The translations under genes and the position numbers were made by a program. A DNA stretch of 50,825 nt from positions 1-50,825 of the forward strand of contig NZ_JBBEBT010000368.1 of NCBI RefSeq assembly GCF_040882205.1. Reading direction: 5' to 3'. The notes under the pieces were generated by a model, which had not been told where the DNA came from, ran no database searches, and worked only from the letters and a program-made list of their open reading frames with translations. The stretch comes from Hyphomonas sp. Lineage in GTDB: Bacteria > Pseudomonadota > Alphaproteobacteria > Caulobacterales > Hyphomonadaceae. Each line of letters opens with the position of its first letter. The stretch's first letter is position 1. Below are positions 37,881 to 46,670 of the stretch, in pieces.

Positions 37881-38025
37881 CTTCGGTGCAACGCGATTGT
37901 TCTGCTCCAAGCCCGGCTTGCGGGCGCCGGTATTGCCCGACTGACGCCGCCGAAGCTTGAACCTTTCGGACTGAGGATGTTCGCTCTCGTGGACCTCAAT
38001 CGCAGCCTGCTGCGCTGCACCGAAG
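37881..38025. other. Inverted-repeat-bounded multi-hairpin intergenic element (possible ncRNA or MITE)
   Basis: CTTCGGTGCAACGC (37881-37894) pairs with GCGCTGCACCGAAG (38012-38025) and encloses three to four short hairpins. Confidence 0.45.
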
Positions 38026-38035
38026 AGCCTGCGGA

Positions 38036-38968
38036 CTAAACGCCGACGATTTCGCTGTCGGTGGCCTCGTCCTTGATCCATTTAATGAAGGCGCGCACGT
38101 CCGGGGAGAGGTGGCGGCCTTTGGGCCAGACGAGCCAGTAGCCGAAATCGATCTGGATGGAGCCGTTGGCGAAGGGGGCCGCAAGGCGGCCTGCTGCGAT
38201 GTCGTTGGCGGCGATGGCTTGCTTGGCGAGGGCGACGCCGCGGCCCGCGGCGGCTGATTCGATGACAAGGATGCCCTGGTTGAAGCGCGGACCCTTCGAG
38301 CCGTCGACGCCGGAGACGCCGTGGGCGCGCAGCCAGCTCGCCCAGTCGGGACAGGAAGGGTCGTTCTCCGAGCTTTCGTCGTGCAGCAGCGTGTGGTGCT
38401 TCAGGTCCTCGGGTTTGCGGATGGCGTGCGGACCTTCGAGTTGGCGCGGGGAGCAGACGGGGAGGACAGTTTCGTCCAGCAGTTTTTCTGATTTCAGGCC
38501 GTCATAGGTTCCCCGGCCGTAGCGGATCGCCAGATCGGCGTCGGCGGTGTTGAAATCAGTCAGCGACATGTCGGCCGAGATCCAGGCCTCGGTGCCTTCA
38601 TGGGCGCGGTGGAACTTCTCGAGGCGGGGGGCGAGCCATTTGGCGGCGAAGGAGGGCGCGCAGGAGACCATGACCCGGCCTTTGCGGGCGGGGGCCTGCA
38701 TGATGCGGCCAGCCTCGGAAATCCGCTCGAACGCCTCGCGGACGAGGGGGAGGGAGGCCTGGGCGGCGTCGGTGAGCAGGACGGAACGACCCGTACGCTT
38801 GAACAGCGGGGTGCCGGCGAAGTCTTCCAGCTGCCTGATCTGCTGCGAAATCGCGCCCGGCGTGACGTTCAGCTCTTCGGCCGCCTGCGTGAACGAGAGG
38901 CGCCGCGCGGCGGCTTCGAAGGCGCGCAGGGCGTTCAGGGGCGGAATACGGTCTGACGGGTCGGACAT
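38036..38968 (-). CDS. LysR-family regulator, GcvA-like
   Basis: PPLNALRAFEAAARRLSFTQAAEELNVTPGAISQQIRQLE; PSFAAKWL.PRL; DLAIRYG.G. Confidence 0.93.
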   Translation of the reverse strand: MSDPSDRIPPLNALRAFEAAARRLSFTQAAEELNVTPGAISQQIRQLEDFAGTPLFKRTGRSVLLTDAAQASLPLVREAFERISEAGRIMQAPARKGRVMVSCAPSFAAKWLAPRLEKFHRAHEGTEAWISADMSLTDFNTADADLAIRYGRGTYDGLKSEKLLDETVLPVCSPRQLEGPHAIRKPEDLKHHTLLHDESSENDPSCPDWASWLRAHGVSGVDGSKGPRFNQGILVIESAAAGRGVALAKQAIAANDIAAGRLAAPFANGSIQIDFGYWLVWPKGRHLSPDVRAFIKWIKDEATDSEIVGV

Positions 38969-38970
38969 GG

Positions 38971-38996
38971 ATAGTTTCTCTAAATAATAGACTTAG
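38971..38996. promoter_or_regulatory. Candidate LysR binding site
   Basis: AT-rich dyad TCTA-AATAA-TAGA (T-N11-A, 38979-38991) directly upstream of the LysR start, in the divergent gap with cysG. Confidence 0.45.
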
Positions 38997-39079
38997 GGGT
39001 TGCCCGTTGCTGCAGGGGCGTCAAGGAGGTTTTGTGCATCTGTCCCTCCAGCACCGCTAAACAAAAGAGTTGCGCCCCT

Positions 39080-40513
39080 ATGCGCCAGTTTCCGGCATTC
39101 TTTAATCTCGACGGCGCGCGGGTCGTGGTGTTCGGGGACGGCGAGGAAGCAGCGCGCAAGCTGCGCCTGCTGGTGTCTTCGCCAGCTGAACTCGTGCTGG
39201 TGGGAGGATTTGTCGATGCGGCGCTGGCGGCGGAGTTCGGGACGCGTCTGACATTGGTTCGCCGGGCAGAGGCGGGCGCAGCGCTCGCCGGGGCGCGGAT
39301 CGCGATCATTGCGGAGACGGATGTGACACTGCGTTCCGAGGCGCTGGCGGCCGTGCGGGCGCGGGGCATTCCGGTCAACGTGGTCGACCAGCCGGAGGAT
39401 TGTGATTTTACCGTGCCGTCGATCCTCGACCGGGGCGAGATCGTAGCGGCGATCGGCTCGGGCGGGGCGGCGCCGGTGCTGGCGAAGGCGGTGCGCGCGA
39501 AGCTCGAGGCACTCCTGCCGGCGCGGATCGGCGAGCTCGCGGCGCTGGCACGAAGCCTGCGGGTTTTTGTGAGCGAGGCGATTCCGGACAAGGGCGCGCG
39601 GCGCAGCTACTGGGAGCGCGCGCTGACCGGGCCAGCGGCGGAATCCGCTTATGCAGGCGATCTGGAAAGGGCCGAGGCGCTGCTGAAGTCGGCCGCGCTG
39701 GCGACAGGGCGCGCGGCGGGCGTGGTGCATATCGTGGGGGCGGGGCCGGGCGATCCGGAACTACTGACGCTCAAGGCGCTGCGCGTGCTGCAGGAAGCGG
39801 ACGTTGTCTATTATGACCGGCTGGTGAGCCCCGAAATTCTCGGCCTGATCCGGCGCGATGCGGCGCGCGTGCCGGTCGGCAAGTCGAAGGGCGATCATTC
39901 TGTTGCGCAGACCGAGATACATGTGCGGCTCGTGGCGTCTGCGCGAGAGGGGCTGCGGGTGGTGCGGCTGAAGGGCGGCGACCCGTTCATCTTCGGGCGC
40001 GGCGGCGAGGAGCTGGAAGCCGTGCAGGCCGAAGGCATCGCCGTGCATGTCGTGCCGGGGATTTCGTCCGCCCTCGGATGTGCAGCCTCGGCAGGGATTC
40101 CGCTGACCCACCGCGACCATGCGCAGACGCTGACTTTTGTGACCGGCCATGCCAAGGCGGGCGGCGTGCCGGATCTGGACTGGGCGGCGCTGGCACGCCC
40201 GGCGCAGACAGTGGTCGTGTTCATGGGCGTCGATACGGCGCCGATCATCGCCGAGCTCCTGATTGCGGCGGGGCGCGATGCGCGCACGCCAATTGCCGTC
40301 ATCGAAAATGGGACGCGGGCCGATGAAGTGCGCGTCTATGGCGAGCTGGCGGAGCTGCCTTTCCTGATCGCGGAAGAGGGCATCACTGGCCCGGCGCTGC
40401 TGATCATCGGCGAAGTGGCGGGACTGCCACTGTCGGCGGTGCAGATCAGCCAGTTCCTGCCGCCCGAATTTTCCGGCCCGTCGCGGTTTGAAGCGCTTGC
40501 CCTCGAGGAGTAG
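39080..40513 (+). CDS. cysG: Siroheme synthase
   Basis: FPAFFNL, VNVVDQP..CDF..PSI.DRG, VGAGPGDPELLTLKA, RLKGGDPFIFGRGGEE. Confidence 0.95.
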   Translation: MRQFPAFFNLDGARVVVFGDGEEAARKLRLLVSSPAELVLVGGFVDAALAAEFGTRLTLVRRAEAGAALAGARIAIIAETDVTLRSEALAAVRARGIPVNVVDQPEDCDFTVPSILDRGEIVAAIGSGGAAPVLAKAVRAKLEALLPARIGELAALARSLRVFVSEAIPDKGARRSYWERALTGPAAESAYAGDLERAEALLKSAALATGRAAGVVHIVGAGPGDPELLTLKALRVLQEADVVYYDRLVSPEILGLIRRDAARVPVGKSKGDHSVAQTEIHVRLVASAREGLRVVRLKGGDPFIFGRGGEELEAVQAEGIAVHVVPGISSALGCAASAGIPLTHRDHAQTLTFVTGHAKAGGVPDLDWAALARPAQTVVVFMGVDTAPIIAELLIAAGRDARTPIAVIENGTRADEVRVYGELAELPFLIAEEGITGPALLIIGEVAGLPLSAVQISQFLPPEFSGPSRFEALALEE

Positions 40514-40519
40514 ATCTGC

Positions 40520-40822
40520 ATGACATCTGTTCGCGCGAAACTGAAACCCGAAACGCCGAAATCCGTGACAGGATGGTTCACGGCGACGGGACGGTCGGCA
40601 TGGATGTGCGCTAATGGTTCGTGGACGGAGTATGCGTCGAATCTCGGCGTGTTCATCGGCGATGAAGCTGAGGCGCGCCTTGCTGCGGCGCTGAAGGAAG
40701 AAGGGCTGATCACGGACCCTTACTTCATGGAAGTCTCGGTGGCGGGCGAGATCACCGGCCGGGAAACGCTGCGCGAATCCCTGCGCGCGGACATGTCGCT
40801 GATCTATGGAGGCGCTGCATGA
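40520..40822 (+). CDS. DUF2849-like protein
   Basis: About 100 aa after cysG; G.W, DPYFMEV and LRE.LRA motifs; typical of alphaproteobacterial cys operons. Confidence 0.7.
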   Translation: MTSVRAKLKPETPKSVTGWFTATGRSAWMCANGSWTEYASNLGVFIGDEAEARLAAALKEEGLITDPYFMEVSVAGEITGRETLRESLRADMSLIYGGAA

Positions 40823-41430
40823 TCCGGATTTTTGGCGACAGCATTTCGGGCAATTGCCTGAAAGTGAAATGGGCGGCCGAGCGCCTTCAGCTCGCGCATG
40901 AATGGATCAAGATCGACATCCTGAAGGGAGGGACGCGTACGGATGGGTTCCTGGCGCTGAACCCGTTCGGACAGGTGCCCGTGGTGCAGTTCGATGATGG
41001 GCGCACGCTATCGCAGTCGAATGCCATCATCCTGCATTTCGCGGAAGGCTCGGACCTCGTGCCGGAAGATGCGTTCGAGCGGGCCAAGATGCTCGAATGG
41101 ATGTTCTGGGAACAGTATTCGCACGAGCCGACGATCGCCGTGCGCCGCTTCCAGAAGCATTACCTGAAGAAGTCCGACGATGCGATCGACGCGGACCTGA
41201 TGGCGAAGGGGCGCCGTGCACTGGGCCGCATGGAGATGGCGCTGATCTCGAATGATTTCATTGCGGGCGGGACGGCACTGACGCTCGCCGACATTTCGCT
41301 GCTCGCCTATACGCGCATGGCGCCTGAGGGCGGGTTTGATCTCGGCGACTTTCCGGCGGTGCATGCCTGGGTCGCGCGGTGCGAGCTTGAGCTTGGCTTG
41401 GCGCACCTGCATGAGGTGAGGCATGTATAG
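40819..41430 (+). CDS. Glutathione S-transferase family protein
   Basis: SGNCLKV, NPFGQVPV, LSQSNAI, WMFWEQYSHEP, TLADISL. Confidence 0.92.
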   Translation: MIRIFGDSISGNCLKVKWAAERLQLAHEWIKIDILKGGTRTDGFLALNPFGQVPVVQFDDGRTLSQSNAIILHFAEGSDLVPEDAFERAKMLEWMFWEQYSHEPTIAVRRFQKHYLKKSDDAIDADLMAKGRRALGRMEMALISNDFIAGGTALTLADISLLAYTRMAPEGGFDLGDFPAVHAWVARCELELGLAHLHEVRHV

Positions 41431-43081
41431 ATACGACCAGTTTGACGCCCGCCTCGTGGAGGAGCGCGTGGCGCAGTTTCGCGGGCAGGTGTCGCGGCGC
41501 CTTGCGGGCACGCTGACAGAGGACGAATTCAAGCCGCTGAGGCTGCAGAACGGCGTGTACCTCCAGCTGCATGCCTACATGCTGCGCATCGCGATCCCGT
41601 ATGGCCAGCTGTCGCCCGTGCAGCTGCGGCGCCTCGCCGAGATTGCGCGCGATTATGACCGGGGCTTCGGGCATTTCACGACGCGGCAGAACATCCAGTT
41701 CAACTGGGTGGCACTGAAGGACATTCCGGAGGTGCTGGAGAAACTGGCCGAAGTCGAGATGCATGCCATCCAGACGTCGGGCAACTGTATCCGCAATACC
41801 ACCACGGATCATTTTGCGGGGGCCGCGCAGGACGAACTGCTCGACCCGCGTGCCTGGTGCGAGATCATCCGGCAGTGGTCGACGTTCCATCCGGAGTTAG
41901 CCTTCCTGCCGCGCAAGTTCAAGATTGCGGTGACGGCGGCCGACCATGACCGCGCGGCGATCCGCGTGCATGATGTCGGCCTGCATATAAGGCAGAAGGA
42001 CGGCGTGACCGGATTTGAAGTCTGGGTCGGCGGCGGGCAGGGGCGCACGCCGCACATTGCGGCGCTGGTGAACGCGTTCGTGCCGGAAGCGCAGATACTC
42101 GATTATCTCGAGGCGATTATGCGCGTCTACAATCGCTATGGCCGCCGTGACAACAAGTACAAGGCGCGCATCAAGATCCTCGTAACGGAGCTGGGCGAGG
42201 CGGAATACATCCGCCAGGTCGAGGGCGAGTTTGCGGCGCAGCGGGAGACCGAGAAGATCGACCTGCCGAGGACGGAGGTTGACCGCATCCACGCCTATTT
42301 CGCGCCGCCGCCGCTGGCCGCGAAGCCGGATGTACCGAAACTGTTCGAAGCTGCGAAAGTGCTGGACCCGGCCTTTGCGCGCTGGACGAGGACGAACCTG
42401 CATCCGCACAAGGTGGCGGGCTATACCTCGGTCACGGTGAGCCTCAAGCCGCTGGGCGTGGCGCCCGGGGACGCGACCGACAAGCAGATGGAAGTCGTCG
42501 CCGACCTCGCCGAAAAGTACGGGTACGGAGATATCCGCGTCAGCCATGCGCAAAACCTGATCCTACCGCATATGGCGCTGGACGATGTGCCGGGGGTCTA
42601 CAGGACGCTGGACGCTGCCGGGCTCGGCGCGGCCAATGAGAGCCGGATCACCGACATGATCGTGTGCCCGGGTCTCGACTTCTGCAATCTTGCCAATGCG
42701 CGCTCGATCCCGGTGGCGCTGGAAGTGCAGAAGGTGTTTGCGGATCCGGCTTACGAGGAAGATATCGGCAAGCTGCATATCAACGTGTCCGGCTGCATCA
42801 ATGCCTGCGGGCATCACCATGTCGGCCATATCGGCATCCTCGGCGTCGACAAGAAGGGCGAGGAATTCTACCAGATCCTCCTGGGCGGGCGTGCTGACGA
42901 GAAGGCCGCGCTCGGCCGAATCGTCGGGCCTGGACTGAAGGCTGAAGACGTGCCCGGCGCCATCCACCGCGTCGTTGAGTTCTACCGTTCGCAGCGGACC
43001 TCGCCGGCCGAGAAGTTTATCGACACGCTGGAACGCCTCGGCCACCAGCCTTTCCAGGATGCCCTCTATGCCGCTGGTTAA
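41423..43081 (+). CDS. cysI: Sulfite reductase hemoprotein (ferredoxin-type Sir/CysI)
   Basis: RLQNGVYLQLHAYMLR, HFTTRQNIQ, LPRKFKIA, CPGLDFCNLA and SGCINACGHH siroheme/4Fe-4S ligands. Confidence 0.94.
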   Translation: MYRYDQFDARLVEERVAQFRGQVSRRLAGTLTEDEFKPLRLQNGVYLQLHAYMLRIAIPYGQLSPVQLRRLAEIARDYDRGFGHFTTRQNIQFNWVALKDIPEVLEKLAEVEMHAIQTSGNCIRNTTTDHFAGAAQDELLDPRAWCEIIRQWSTFHPELAFLPRKFKIAVTAADHDRAAIRVHDVGLHIRQKDGVTGFEVWVGGGQGRTPHIAALVNAFVPEAQILDYLEAIMRVYNRYGRRDNKYKARIKILVTELGEAEYIRQVEGEFAAQRETEKIDLPRTEVDRIHAYFAPPPLAAKPDVPKLFEAAKVLDPAFARWTRTNLHPHKVAGYTSVTVSLKPLGVAPGDATDKQMEVVADLAEKYGYGDIRVSHAQNLILPHMALDDVPGVYRTLDAAGLGAANESRITDMIVCPGLDFCNLANARSIPVALEVQKVFADPAYEEDIGKLHINVSGCINACGHHHVGHIGILGVDKKGEEFYQILLGGRADEKAALGRIVGPGLKAEDVPGAIHRVVEFYRSQRTSPAEKFIDTLERLGHQPFQDALYAAG

Positions 43082-43556
43082 GGGTGGCGCCGAAATCGCC
43101 AATGACTGGACCTTCGTGCCGGACGGCGCTGTGCTCCCCGATGCCGGGCAGACGAGCGTCTCGCTTGCGCGGTTTTTCGCCCTGAAAGCGGGGCAGGAGA
43201 ACGGCCCGCTGCCGGATGGGGTGCGCCTTGGCCCGGCGGATGACCCGGCGCAGCTGGAGCCCTACCTGCCGGACCTGAAGCTGATCGAGGTCGAATTCCC
43301 CCGCTACACGGACGGACGCGGCTTCAGCCAGGCCCAGCTGCTTCGCCGCCGCCACGGCTATTGCGGCGAACTGCGGGCGGTCGGCCACGTCCTGCGCGAT
43401 CAGATATTCTACATGCACCGTTCAGGGTTCGATGCTTACGAAACCCGCCGCGCCAGCGTATCTGAGGTATTGGAGGCGCTTGCCGAGTTCACTGAGGCCT
43501 ACCAGCCTGCAGCCAACGGCCCGGGAGCCGCCTTCCGAAAGAGAACCGGAGCCTGA
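43068..43556 (+). CDS. DUF934 family protein
   Basis: FPRYTDGRGFSQAQLLR.RHGY.GELRAVGHVLRDQ..M.RSGFD. Confidence 0.88.
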   Translation: MPLVKGGAEIANDWTFVPDGAVLPDAGQTSVSLARFFALKAGQENGPLPDGVRLGPADDPAQLEPYLPDLKLIEVEFPRYTDGRGFSQAQLLRRRHGYCGELRAVGHVLRDQIFYMHRSGFDAYETRRASVSEVLEALAEFTEAYQPAANGPGAAFRKRTGA

Positions 43557-43561
43557 GGCGT

Positions 43562-44305
43562 ATGCCCTTCGATACAATGATTGAAGGCCCTGCGATGGAC
43601 CCGTCGGTCCGGCTGGCCCGCCTGAACGGCGAGCTGCGTCAGGCTTCGGCTCAAACAATCCTTCGCGCCGCCATCGTGCGCGAATGGGCGGACGACCTCA
43701 CTTATGTTTCGAGCTTCGGCGCAGAGAGCGCGGTGATGCTGGCGCTGATTGCGGATGTGGACCCGTCGCTGCCGATCCAGTTCATCGATACCGGAATGCA
43801 CTTTCCGCAGACGCTGGACTACCGCGATGAGATCATCGAACGGCTGGGCCTGACGGGCGTGCGCACGCTGGCGCCGAACGAAGGCGAGCGCCGGCTGAAA
43901 GACCCCAAATCCATGCTCTGGAAATCCAATCCGGATGCCTGCTGCGACCTGCGCAAGGTGCGCCCGCTGGAGCCGGCTCTGAATGGCTATTCGGCCTGGA
44001 TCACAGGGCGCAAACGCTTCCACGGCGGCGCCCGGATAAGCCTGCCGGTATTCGAGTATGCCGCTGGCCGGTACAAGGTGAACCCGCTCGCCGGCTGGAA
44101 CCAGGACGATGTCGACCTGTTCATGGAGCAGCGCAATCTGCCGCGCCATCCGCTGGTTGCACAAGGCTATCCCTCCATCGGCTGCTGGCCGTGCACGCAG
44201 CCGGCAGACGACCCGGACAATCCGCGCGCCGGCCGCTGGGCGGGTCAGGACAAGACAGAGTGCGGCCTTCACGTCGAACGCAATGAGCGCCCACGGGTTT
44301 TTTAA
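43562..44305 (+). CDS. cysH: APS/PAPS reductase
   Basis: SSFGAES, DTGMHF, CCDLRKV, WITG, GYPSIGCWPCT, ECGLH; the CC/CxxC motifs suggest the 4Fe-4S APS-reductase type. Confidence 0.95.
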   Translation: MPFDTMIEGPAMDPSVRLARLNGELRQASAQTILRAAIVREWADDLTYVSSFGAESAVMLALIADVDPSLPIQFIDTGMHFPQTLDYRDEIIERLGLTGVRTLAPNEGERRLKDPKSMLWKSNPDACCDLRKVRPLEPALNGYSAWITGRKRFHGGARISLPVFEYAAGRYKVNPLAGWNQDDVDLFMEQRNLPRHPLVAQGYPSIGCWPCTQPADDPDNPRAGRWAGQDKTECGLHVERNERPRVF

Positions 44306-44306
44306 T

Positions 44307-44324
44307 TTATCCGTAGGCGGATAA
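44307..44324. terminator. Hairpin between convergent cysH and TrmH genes
   Basis: TTATCCG-TAGG-CGGATAA. Confidence 0.45.
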
Positions 44325-44334
44325 GTATCCTGTC

Positions 44335-45141
44335 TCAGTGCCGCCGATCGAACACATGGCTCAGCGCCAGCGCCGCAGCGGTCGCCACGTTTACGCTGTC
44401 GAAACCGTCCGTCATCGGAATACGCACTTGCCGGGCGCGGGCGATCAGTTCGCGCGGCAGTCCCGGGCCTTCGGCGCCGAGCAGGAGCGCGAGGCGGGGC
44501 GGGATATTCAATGAGGGCAAGCGTTCTGCGGCGGGGTCCGGCGTCAGGGCCCAGACTTCGTGGGCGGCGGCCTCAGCAGTTTCAATGAGCGAGGCGCCCG
44601 TGCCGCCCTGGGCGAAGGGCAGCCAGAGCGTCGTGCCGGAAGAAACGCGGATGGCCTTGCGGTACAGCGGGTCGCAGGATCTGGCATCGAGCAGCACGGC
44701 GGACGCGCCAAACGCGGCGGCGTTGCGGAAGCAGGCACCGACATTGTCATGGTTGGATAGGCCCGCGAGCAACAGAGCAGTTGAGGGACCGTCCGCAGGC
44801 AGAACATCGGCCTGGGCAAGCGAGGGGCCCTTGAGGCCGCAGGCCAGCACGCCCCGGTGTATCGGGAAACCGGCAACGGCGTCCATCACGTCTTGCGGTG
44901 CCACATAGACCGGCACGCCGGCAGGCACGCGCGCGAGGATGTCTGCCAGCGGCGTGAGCCGCGTCTCGCACAGGAACAGGCTCTCCACTGCGAAACGCCC
45001 GCGCGTCAGCAGCGTCTGCAGCGTGACCTTGCCTTCGACGATGAAGCGCGCGCCATGCCCGCTCGTCAGGTCGCGCTCGCGGATCGCGCCATAGGCGCTA
45101 ACGCGCGGATCGTCAGGGGCCGTAACATGAAAAACGGACAT
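44335..45141 (-). CDS. TrmH/SpoU family RNA methyltransferase
   Basis: FIVEG, NHDNVGACFRNAAAFG, DPLYRKAIRVS, LLGAEGPGL, IPM..GFDSVNVATA. Confidence 0.92.
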   Translation of the reverse strand: MSVFHVTAPDDPRVSAYGAIRERDLTSGHGARFIVEGKVTLQTLLTRGRFAVESLFLCETRLTPLADILARVPAGVPVYVAPQDVMDAVAGFPIHRGVLACGLKGPSLAQADVLPADGPSTALLLAGLSNHDNVGACFRNAAAFGASAVLLDARSCDPLYRKAIRVSSGTTLWLPFAQGGTGASLIETAEAAAHEVWALTPDPAAERLPSLNIPPRLALLLGAEGPGLPRELIARARQVRIPMTDGFDSVNVATAAALALSHVFDRRH

Positions 45142-45187
45142 GGGATGTCCCATGCCCGTTTCGTGGATCAGCTTCAATCGGCCGGGT

Positions 45188-45517
45188 TCAATTGATGAGA
45201 AGGTCGATGACCACGTCCGTGATGAGGCCGCTCACGGCCTCGGCAAGATAGACATCGTCTTCAACGCGCACCCAGCGATAGCCGCGCGGCGCAGGGCGCA
45301 GGTTGTAACGCGCCCAGTCATCGAAATAGACTTCGCGGTATTCATGCGGCAGGTATTCGCCCTTGCCCCAGATTTTCTTCGCGTGGCCGGGCGGGATTTT
45401 GCCCTGCTTGGCGAGGCCGGGGGGCAGGTCGTGAGCGCGGCCCGGCGGTTCGGCACAGGCGGCGAGGCCCGCGCCGAGCGCGCCGGCAACAAGCAAGGTC
45501 AATTTGAGAATAAGCAT
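45188..45517 (-). CDS. RcnB-family exported (lipo)protein
   Basis: Signal peptide/LAAC; PPGLAK..PPGHAKK; W..YNLRPAPRGYRWVRV.DDVYL. Confidence 0.82.
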   Translation of the reverse strand: MLILKLTLLVAGALGAGLAACAEPPGRAHDLPPGLAKQGKIPPGHAKKIWGKGEYLPHEYREVYFDDWARYNLRPAPRGYRWVRVEDDVYLAEAVSGLITDVVIDLLIN

Positions 45518-45570
45518 CGCAGGAACCCTGTGTTTCCAGGGATCAATGCGGGCCGCAGGCCAAGGTTCCG

Positions 45571-46470
45571 TCAGTCGCCAACCGGCAGGCCTTGTTCCTT
45601 TGCGAGGCGCTTCATCGTCTTCTGAAGCTTCTCGAAGGCGCGGACCTCGATCTGGCGGATGCGTTCGCGACTGACGCCGTACTGGTCGGAAAGCTCTTCC
45701 AGCGTTTTTGGCTCGTCAATCAGGCGGCGCTCGGTCAGGATATGGCGTTCGCGCTCGGAGAGATCTTCCATCGAGCGGGTGAGCAGCTCCATGCGGCTGT
45801 CGAGTTCCTGGCGGTTGGCGAAGGTCTCCGCCGTGCCGGGTTCGTCATCTGCCAGCCAGTCCTGCCATTCCATGTCGCCGTCGGTGCCCATCGGCACGTT
45901 CAGTGAGGCATCGGAGCCTGACATGCGTCCGTTCATCGAATAGACTTCAGCCTCCGTAACGTTCAGCTTTTCTGCGATGAGCTGCGCCTGCTCAGGGCGC
46001 AGGTCACCCTCGTCGAGGGCTTTCATCTCGCCCTTGAGGCGGCGCAGGTTGAAGAACAGTTTTTTCTGGGCAGCGGTGGTGCCGAGTTTTACGAGGCTCC
46101 ACGAACGCAGGATGTATTCCTGGATCGCGGCACGGATCCACCACATCGCGTAGGTCGCAAGGCGGAAGCCCTTTTCGGGGTCGAATTTCTTCACGGCCTG
46201 CATGAGGCCGACATTGCCTTCAGAGATCACCTCGGCCATCGGCAGTCCGTAGCCGCGATAGCCCATGGCAATCTTCGCCACCAGGCGAAGGTGCGATGTG
46301 ACCATCTTTTCGGCCGCCTCGGTGTCTTCATGGTCGCGCCATTGGCGCGCCAGCATGAATTCCTCGTTTTTCTCGAGCATCGGGAACTTGCGGATCTCGC
46401 TCAGATACCGGCTCAGTCCCTGTTCCGGACTGAGGGCTATAGAGCCCGCTTTGGTCGGCGTATTCGCCAT
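45571..46470 (-). CDS. rpoH: RNA polymerase sigma-32 factor RpoH
   Basis: SHLRLVAKIA, FRLATYAMWWI, RpoH box QKKLFFNLR, SRERIRQIE; AGGAGG RBS. Confidence 0.97.
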   Translation of the reverse strand: MANTPTKAGSIALSPEQGLSRYLSEIRKFPMLEKNEEFMLARQWRDHEDTEAAEKMVTSHLRLVAKIAMGYRGYGLPMAEVISEGNVGLMQAVKKFDPEKGFRLATYAMWWIRAAIQEYILRSWSLVKLGTTAAQKKLFFNLRRLKGEMKALDEGDLRPEQAQLIAEKLNVTEAEVYSMNGRMSGSDASLNVPMGTDGDMEWQDWLADDEPGTAETFANRQELDSRMELLTRSMEDLSERERHILTERRLIDEPKTLEELSDQYGVSRERIRQIEVRAFEKLQKTMKRLAKEQGLPVGD

Positions 46471-46613
46471 GTTTTGTCCTCCTGGTGGGGCGGGTCCCGG
46501 TTTCGGCGGCCTGCCTCTTCTTCTGGTCTTCTGGAACTTCCCCGGCAGCCTGGTCCTGTCTGGCAGCAACGTTGCCGCCGGAGAGGCGCAATTCATGCAT
46601 CGCGCTCCTGCAT

Positions 46614-46642
46614 AAATAGGAATTGAGGCGAGGGTGTGGAAG
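46614..46642 (-). promoter_or_regulatory. Putative sigma-32-type promoter of rpoH
   Basis: Minus strand reads CTTCCA-N16-CCTATTT, close to the alphaproteobacterial RpoH consensus CTTGAA-N15/16-CCTATAT. Confidence 0.5.
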
Positions 46643-46670
46643 AGGGGCCGGCGCCGCTATTTGCGGCCGG

